From Armatimonadia bacterium (GTDB lineage Bacteria > Armatimonadota > Zipacnadia > Zipacnadales > UBA11051), in NCBI GenBank assembly GCA_039683575.1, contig JBDKRC010000144.1:1-13432 (forward strand): a DNA stretch of 13,432 nucleotides, read 5' to 3'. Every line of letters begins with the position of its first letter. The first letter of the stretch is position 1. The notes beneath the pieces were generated by a model. It searched no databases, was not told the origin of the DNA, and saw only the letters and a program-made list of their open reading frames with translations. The translations under genes were made by a program, and so were the position numbers. This document shows, piece after piece, positions 8,217-13,432 of this stretch.

Positions 8217-11200
8217 TCAATTCCACAGCTCCGTGCTGAGCCCTGCCTGGCTGACAGTGCTTCCGAGCCTCCGCACGGGCCGCCCGGCGATGTTAACCAC
8301 AGAGACCTCAACCTCCGCCGGTGCTGACAGAGAGTAGCTGATTTGCGCTCCTTCTGCTGTGGCTCCGGCTGCGAGGCTGCTGATTGCAAGCAAGTCACCG
8401 ACCTTTGAACTGATCTCGACTGTAAAGTCTCGCGTCGTGGCCTGTGGCGTCATGCTGAAGCTGTAGCTGCTCGTCGTCCGCATGTATACGGACTTCCCGC
8501 TCACCGTGTCGCGTAGGATCGGGCGGCAACCCCGCGGCAACTGTGACAGGTCCGGCCAGCTCAGCTTGACCTGCGCCCCTGCCTGCGCGCACGTCACGCG
8601 CGTCTGCCATTCCTGCTTGTCTCCCAGCGACTTCACAAAGCTCGTCGCGGACCGCGCCCCCTCACCGACAAAGGACAGGTCCACCCCTCCGGCAACCACC
8701 GGCGGGCTCGCGATCCCGTTCACGCTGGCAGGCTCGGAACAGACGCCCAGGAAATTATCAGTATCAGCGGCTCCGTCTACGGACGCCGAGAGCCGCATGG
8801 CCCAATCAACTGTAGCGGTTTGGGTAGCCGCGGGGAGCGCTGCCGAAGTGGCAACCGCGCGCGGATTGTCCAGGATCAAGTTGCCGCTGCGGGAGGCATA
8901 GAAGAAGAAGCCGTCGCCGCGGCGCATGGTCTGTTGAGAGAAGGGCAGCGATTCACTGACCAGCTTGTACCCCCGGGTGGTGTTGTCATAGATCCATGCA
9001 TAGCCGGCGGTCAATCCCTGGTCATTCGACTGCTCGAGCGTCAGTGAAGTTCCCGAAACCACCACTCGCGCCCCGACAATACTGACCTCGTCTACATACG
9101 GGTTCCCGAGCTGGTTCCAACCGGCCACAAAGGGGATCTCGGTGTCCCCGGTGGGGGCCGAACCGCTCAGGTTCAAAGTGAGCGCCGTCGCCGTCCGCAG
9201 CCAGTACCCCTTCCCCTCCGCCTGCGCCAACAGCGCCGTATCGGTGGCACTGGTCCCCGGGTACACCGCATACGTGTTAGTCGCCGGGTTATACCGGCAC
9301 AGCGTCGCGCCGTTGCTCACCAACTGGCTCAGGTCCATGTTCGGTATTTCCAGCCCGAGGCTGATCATGGACAGACCCGCCGGGAAGCTGAACGTGTAGT
9401 TCGGGTTCGCCCGCACCGGTCCCACCGCGTCCACCTGCGTCAGTTCATTCGACACGAGTTCGTTGTCCACCGCGGTCACGGCATAGTAGTAATCGGTGTT
9501 ATCTTCCACCGACCGGTCCTGGTACGAGGTCGCGGTCCGGTCGCTGACCCGTGCCAGCGGTTCCATGTCCAGCACGCTGCTGAAGTCTTCTTCCGACCGG
9601 TAGATGCGGAACTCTTTGAAGTCATCCGGCGCCACGAAGCCGCTCCAGCGCAGCACTATGCAGCCGCCCTCGTCGCCCTGCTTGTCCTCCGCCGTGAAGT
9701 TCACAGCCGGCGGCGCCAGGTCGTCCCGCGCCTGTGCCGGGCTGGTCACATCCGAGCTTGCCGACATCTTGGCGTCATACGCTATGACCTTGTAGTAGTA
9801 ATCCGTGCCATCATCAACCGGCGTATCCAGGTACGAGCTTATCCCCGGCGACACGCTGGCTATCTCGACAAACTGGCCCTCAGCCGTATCACTGCGCAAG
9901 ACCGCGTAACGGGTGATGTCGTTGGCGCCCCGGCCGTCATCCACCGACAGTCCCCAGGTGATCGTGATGCTCCCACCCTCATCGCCGGGCGTATCCTTGG
10001 CGGTCACCGACCGCGGCGCTCCGGGAGCGGTGTCCACGAAGCAAGCCGACGCCGACACCCGCCCGGCCCCCATCATCCCCACGAACAGCGGGTTGAGGCT
10101 GTTGATGTCAAGGCAGCTATTCACGAGCCGCTGCCGCACCGCGGACGGCGTGGCATTCGGCGTATCAGCCAAAATCAGCGATGCCAACCCCGTCACAATG
10201 GCCGCCGACGCCGAAGTCCCGTCAATCGCCCAGTAACTGTTGTGGAAGTAGCTTGAGCTGTACCCGGTGCTGTAGATGTCCTCTCCCGGCGCCATCACGT
10301 CGAGGAGGCTGCGGTGGGACTGGTCAATCACCGAGTACTGGGTTAGCGTGTCTTCGGCATCGACAGCGCCCACGCCGATCACAAAGTCATCCGTCAGCAT
10401 CGGCCCGTCATTGCAGACCGGTGACAACCACGTCGCCGAATCGTCCGTGAACCCTGCAGCGTATGCATCCGAGTAGGTCCAGTTCCAGCCGCGGTTACCG
10501 CCCGCCGCCACAATCACAACGCCCTGGTCGTACGCCCACTTGATCGGCGGCGTCCACTCGGGGACATAGAAGCTCGTGATGCTCAGGTTGACGATGTCCG
10601 CCCCGTTCGCCACCGCATACTCAAAGCCCTTGATGGCGGTGCTCGCTTCCGTCCCCTGGTCGGAGTAGATCTGCACGGGCATCAGCTTGCACTGCCAGTT
10701 CGCCCCGGCAACCCCAAGCGAGTTGTTGCCATTCGCCCCGATGATCCCCGCCATGTGCGTCCCGTGCTGCCGCACGTCCCAGTAGTAGTAAGCATCGTCA
10801 TTCGGGCTCGGATCGCCGTTGCCGTTGACGAAGTCGTAGCCATTCACATCATCAATGTAGCCGTTGTTGTCATCATCCAGACCATTGCCGGGCACTTCCC
10901 CCGCATTCGTCCAGAAGCGCCCCTGCAGGTCCTCGTGCAGAACATCCACGCCGCTGTCCACCACCGCCACTACAGTGCTGGCCGACCCCGTCTGCACATC
11001 CCAGGCCGCCGGCATGCCAATCTTGCTCCAGTGCCACTGCTGCGCAAACGACGGATCGTTGGGTATCCCGCAAACGTACGTCACCTGATCAGGCGAAGCC
11101 GACTTCACGATCGACTGCGCCCTCATCCGCGCCAGCCCGTCCGGCACACTCATGCCCTCAGGCAGTCCGATCAGATAAAGCCCCGGCGTCTTGAAGTCAT

Positions 11201-11477
11201 ACAGGAGGGTGCAGCCGGTAGTGGACAGCATCCGATCAAGCTGCGCCTGCCCAACCGTCGGCAGCAGCGATACGAGCACCTGTCCCGACATCGCGTAGTC
11301 ATACACGTTGCTCCAGTAACCCCAACTCCAGAGATACCGGGGCGACATCCGCTCTGTAGCCTTACCGTTGATGGTTGGGGGCGTCTGAGCCAGACACGCA
11401 AGTGGTATCGTGGCCACCAGGGCAACGAGCAACAACCGGCGCAGTGCAGTGTGGGAAGAAGAGACAATGGGGATCAT
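8217..11477 (-). CDS. Secreted S8 (subtilisin-like) serine peptidase A, paralog of the downstream gene; C-terminal FlgD-Ig-like domain interrupted by TGA (full frame extends to 8103)
   Basis: Catalytic motifs VAVVDSG, QHGTHMAG, AAGGNRG, DGTSASAAIVTG. Ca-binding insert NGLDDDNNGYIDDVNGYDF. Two FN3-like repeats. Start ATG 11477 has AGGAGG 7 nt upstream and gives a signal peptide (…LRRLLLVALVATIPLACLA-Q); the ORF track start is 11519. Length is 1086 aa to TGA, or 1124 aa if read to TAA 8103. Confidence 0.88.
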   Translation of the reverse strand: MIPIVSSSHTALRRLLLVALVATIPLACLAQTPPTINGKATERMSPRYLWSWGYWSNVYDYAMSGQVLVSLLPTVGQAQLDRMLSTTGCTLLYDFKTPGLYLIGLPEGMSVPDGLARMRAQSIVKSASPDQVTYVCGIPNDPSFAQQWHWSKIGMPAAWDVQTGSASTVVAVVDSGVDVLHEDLQGRFWTNAGEVPGNGLDDDNNGYIDDVNGYDFVNGNGDPSPNDDAYYYWDVRQHGTHMAGIIGANGNNSLGVAGANWQCKLMPVQIYSDQGTEASTAIKGFEYAVANGADIVNLSITSFYVPEWTPPIKWAYDQGVVIVAAGGNRGWNWTYSDAYAAGFTDDSATWLSPVCNDGPMLTDDFVIGVGAVDAEDTLTQYSVIDQSHRSLLDVMAPGEDIYSTGYSSSYFHNSYWAIDGTSASAAIVTGLASLILADTPNATPSAVRQRLVNSCLDINSLNPLFVGMMGAGRVSASACFVDTAPGAPRSVTAKDTPGDEGGSITITWGLSVDDGRGANDITRYAVLRSDTAEGQFVEIASVSPGISSYLDTPVDDGTDYYYKVIAYDAKMSASSDVTSPAQARDDLAPPAVNFTAEDKQGDEGGCIVLRWSGFVAPDDFKEFRIYRSEEDFSSVLDMEPLARVSDRTATSYQDRSVEDNTDYYYAVTAVDNELVSNELTQVDAVGPVRANPNYTFSFPAGLSMISLGLEIPNMDLSQLVSNGATLCRYNPATNTYAVYPGTSATDTALLAQAEGKGYWLRTATALTLNLSGSAPTGDTEIPFVAGWNQLGNPYVDEVSIVGARVVVSGTSLTLEQSNDQGLTAGYAWIYDNTTRGYKLVSESLPFSQQTMRRGDGFFFYASRSGNLILDNPRAVATSAALPAATQTATVDWAMRLSASVDGAADTDNFLGVCSEPASVNGIASPPVVAGGVDLSFVGEGARSATSFVKSLGDKQEWQTRVTCAQAGAQVKLSWPDLSQLPRGCRPILRDTVSGKSVYMRTTSSYSFSMTPQATTRDFTVEISSKVGDLLAISSLAAGATAEGAQISYSLSAPAEVEVSVVNIAGRPVRRLGSTVSQAGLSTELWN

Positions 11478-11536
11478 AGCGTGGCCTCCTGGTGCTACAA
11501 GTGCGACAGGGTACGACACGCAAAGACGTCAAGAAG

Positions 11537-11565
11537 ATGATAACAAAGCCACAAACAAGTGTCAA
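11537..11565 (-). promoter_or_regulatory. sigma70-type promoter for the peptidase operon
   Basis: Minus strand reads TTGACA (11565-11560), 17 nt, TATCAT (11542-11537), with TG-n immediately before the -10 (extended -10). It sits in an AT-richer patch about 60 nt upstream of ATG 11477. Confidence 0.8.
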
Positions 11566-11590
11566 CGAAACCGCAGCCGCCCAGCCCGCT

Positions 11591-11764
<174 letters not shown>

Positions 11765-11765
11765 C

Positions 11766-11853
11766 AGGCCCGAAGGGCCGTCCGGCCTCTAGCCAGGGCC
11801 GCAAGGCCCTGGATCCCCCGCCCAAATCATCTTGAGCCCCGAAGGGGCGACAG
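11766..11853 (+). repeat. Three-hairpin palindromic element (IS200/IS605-end or PATE/MITE-like)
   Basis: GGCCC-GAA-GGGCC (11767-11779), CCAGGGCC-GCAA-GGCCCTGG (11793-11812, GNRA loop) and GCCCC-GAA-GGGGC followed by GACAG (11836-11853). The hairpins are seen directly; the family assignment comes from recalled similarity only. Confidence 0.55.
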
Positions 11854-11863
11854 CCCCTCCGAA

Positions 11864-11892
11864 CTGTTTTCTGTCTTCTGTTTTCTGTCTTC
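11864..11892 (+). repeat. Heptamer tandem repeat (CTGTYTT)4
   Basis: CTGTTTT CTGTCTT CTGTTTT CTGTCTT C, lying 12 nt past the MFS stop codon. Confidence 0.85.
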
Positions 11893-11904
11893 GCCGTTCC
11901 CCCC

Positions 11905-13164
11905 TCACTCCTCCGCGCACACCTCCACCGCCCGCAAAAACCCCGCCCCAATCGCTCCTGCCACCGCCACGCCACCCGCCAGCAACACCGCCGGCAGGTA
12001 CGACCCCGTCGCATCCGCCATCGCCCCCGCCACCACCGGCCCCAGCGCCTGTCCTACGCCCAGAAACAGCGTCACAAACCCCAGCGCCGCCGGTGCCATT
12101 CGCGCCCCCAGCATGTCCCCACACTGCGCCGCCACCACCGCCGGAATGCTCCACGCCGTCAACCCGAACAGCACCGCCGACAGCGTGAATCCCGCCGACA
12201 CCGGCCACAGCGCAAACAGCGCGTACGAGAGCGCCTGGATCATATAGATGATCACCATGGTATACTTGCGCCCGATTCGGTCCGACACACTCCCCCAAAG
12301 CAGCCCGCACGCCAGGCTCAGCCACCCCATCATCATGAACAGGTTCCCCGCCGCCTGGGTCGTATAGCCGCCCTCCGCAATCAGCGCCTTGTTGAAGAAC
12401 GTCATGTATACCAGATACGAGAACCCATACGCCACATACACAATCCCCAGGTGCCACACCGCCCCCGACTTGTACACCGCTCCCCAGTCCAGCGGCGCCG
12501 GACTGCCTGACGTCGCCGCGGGCACAGCCGTCTCCTCCGCCCCTACCGGCAGCAGCCCCATGTCCTGCGGCCGCCTGCGCAGCAAGGCCAGCGACAGGAA
12601 CGCAATCGCAATCCCCAGCCCTCCGCACCACAGCCAGCAAACCCGCCACCCGTACCCCCCATACATCGCGAGCAGCGCCGGCACACCCGGCCCCATCGTT
12701 ATCAGCGCCAGTGAAGACCCTGAAACCGCGATCCCCGACGCCAGCCCCCGCCTCCGCAGCGCAAACCACGCCGGCACCAGCCCGAGCACCGGCACATTTG
12801 TCGCCCCGCTGCCAATCCCGCTGACCGCCCGCCAGAGCATCGCCTCAGGAAAATTCGGCGCCAGCCCCGTCAGAACCATGGCCGCTCCGGTCACAAACAC
12901 CCCTGCCACAATCACGCGGCAAGGCCCAAACCGCGACGCCAGCGCCCCGCCAATCAGCGCCAGCACCAGATACCCCGTCAGATTCGCCGTAGCCAGCGCC
13001 CCCGCAGCCATGTTATCGAGCCCCAGCCCCCTCTGCATCGCGGGCAGGATCATCGAATACCCCATCCGGGCCATGCCCAGTGAGGTAAACACCCCCAAGG
13101 TCCCCACGCCCAGAACCACCCACCCATAGTGCACTCGCGGCTTCAAAGCCTTCTCAGCTTCCAT
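11905..13164 (-). CDS. MFS transporter (YbfB/YjiJ-like, MFS_4/MFS_1)
   Basis: 419 aa with about 12 TM segments. N-terminal YGWVV…SLGMARMGYSMILPAM…AGALATANLTGYL. Motif A variants GALASRFGPCR and GSVSDRIGRK; WF..RRRGLASGI. Confidence 0.93.
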   Translation of the reverse strand: MEAEKALKPRVHYGWVVLGVGTLGVFTSLGMARMGYSMILPAMQRGLGLDNMAAGALATANLTGYLVLALIGGALASRFGPCRVIVAGVFVTGAAMVLTGLAPNFPEAMLWRAVSGIGSGATNVPVLGLVPAWFALRRRGLASGIAVSGSSLALITMGPGVPALLAMYGGYGWRVCWLWCGGLGIAIAFLSLALLRRRPQDMGLLPVGAEETAVPAATSGSPAPLDWGAVYKSGAVWHLGIVYVAYGFSYLVYMTFFNKALIAEGGYTTQAAGNLFMMMGWLSLACGLLWGSVSDRIGRKYTMVIIYMIQALSYALFALWPVSAGFTLSAVLFGLTAWSIPAVVAAQCGDMLGARMAPAALGFVTLFLGVGQALGPVVAGAMADATGSYLPAVLLAGGVAVAGAIGAGFLRAVEVCAEE

Positions 13165-13193
13165 AGATCACTCACCAAGATAGTGTCCCGCAC

Positions 13194-13432
<239 letters not shown>

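Noticed and set aside
8217-8219. Genome-wide TGA=Gly or Trp recoding (code 25 or 4) as the explanation for the internal TGA
   Set aside because: The DMT (2601-2603) and MFS (11905-11907) genes end in TGA at natural domain ends, the other long genes have no internal TGA, and the DNA is GC-rich unlike known recoded lineages.
8054-8398. 115-codon N-terminal extension of peptidase B in the ORF track (start 8398, alternative ATG 8134)
   Set aside because: It overlaps the coding frame of peptidase A, including its post-TGA tail, has no protein-like character, and precedes a clean RBS plus signal peptide starting at GTG 8053.
4673-11477. DGR-like template/variable repeat or recent gene conversion between the two peptidase genes
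   Set aside because: I found only short shared nucleotide stretches at conserved motifs (e.g. CCGTCATTGCAGACCGG), no adenine-specific mismatch pattern and no reverse transcriptase. This was checked by eye only.
11500-11532. Second promoter using TTGACG as its -35
   Set aside because: No acceptable -10 hexamer at 16-18 nt spacing.
11789-12769. Gly-rich 326-aa minus ORF and Pro-rich 118-aa plus ORF (11832-12188)
   Set aside because: Alternative frames of the MFS gene; their composition is a by-product of G-ending codons.

Overview
GC-rich bacterial window in which all six credible genes lie on the minus strand. In transcription order (right to left): an MFS transporter (11905-13164) bracketed by two clusters of GTAG/GGAG REP-like hairpins mixed with (GCCGTT)n/(GCCGTTC)n microsatellites; a near-consensus sigma70 promoter driving a probable three-gene operon of two paralogous secreted multidomain subtilisin-like (S8) peptidases and an Ig-fold lipoprotein, closed by a long terminator-like hairpin; a DMT/EamA transporter; and a secreted heparinase II/III-family (PL12-like) lyase. 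The main anomaly is an in-frame TGA (8217-8219) inside the C-terminal FlgD-Ig-like domain of the first peptidase. The frame continues for exactly 37 codons that align gap-free with the paralog's C-terminus, so the TGA is a recent nonsense mutation, a base-call error or a recoding/readthrough site. The protein style is reminiscent of Armatimonadota, but that is an impression only. No rRNA, tRNA, CRISPR array or transposase was recognised.
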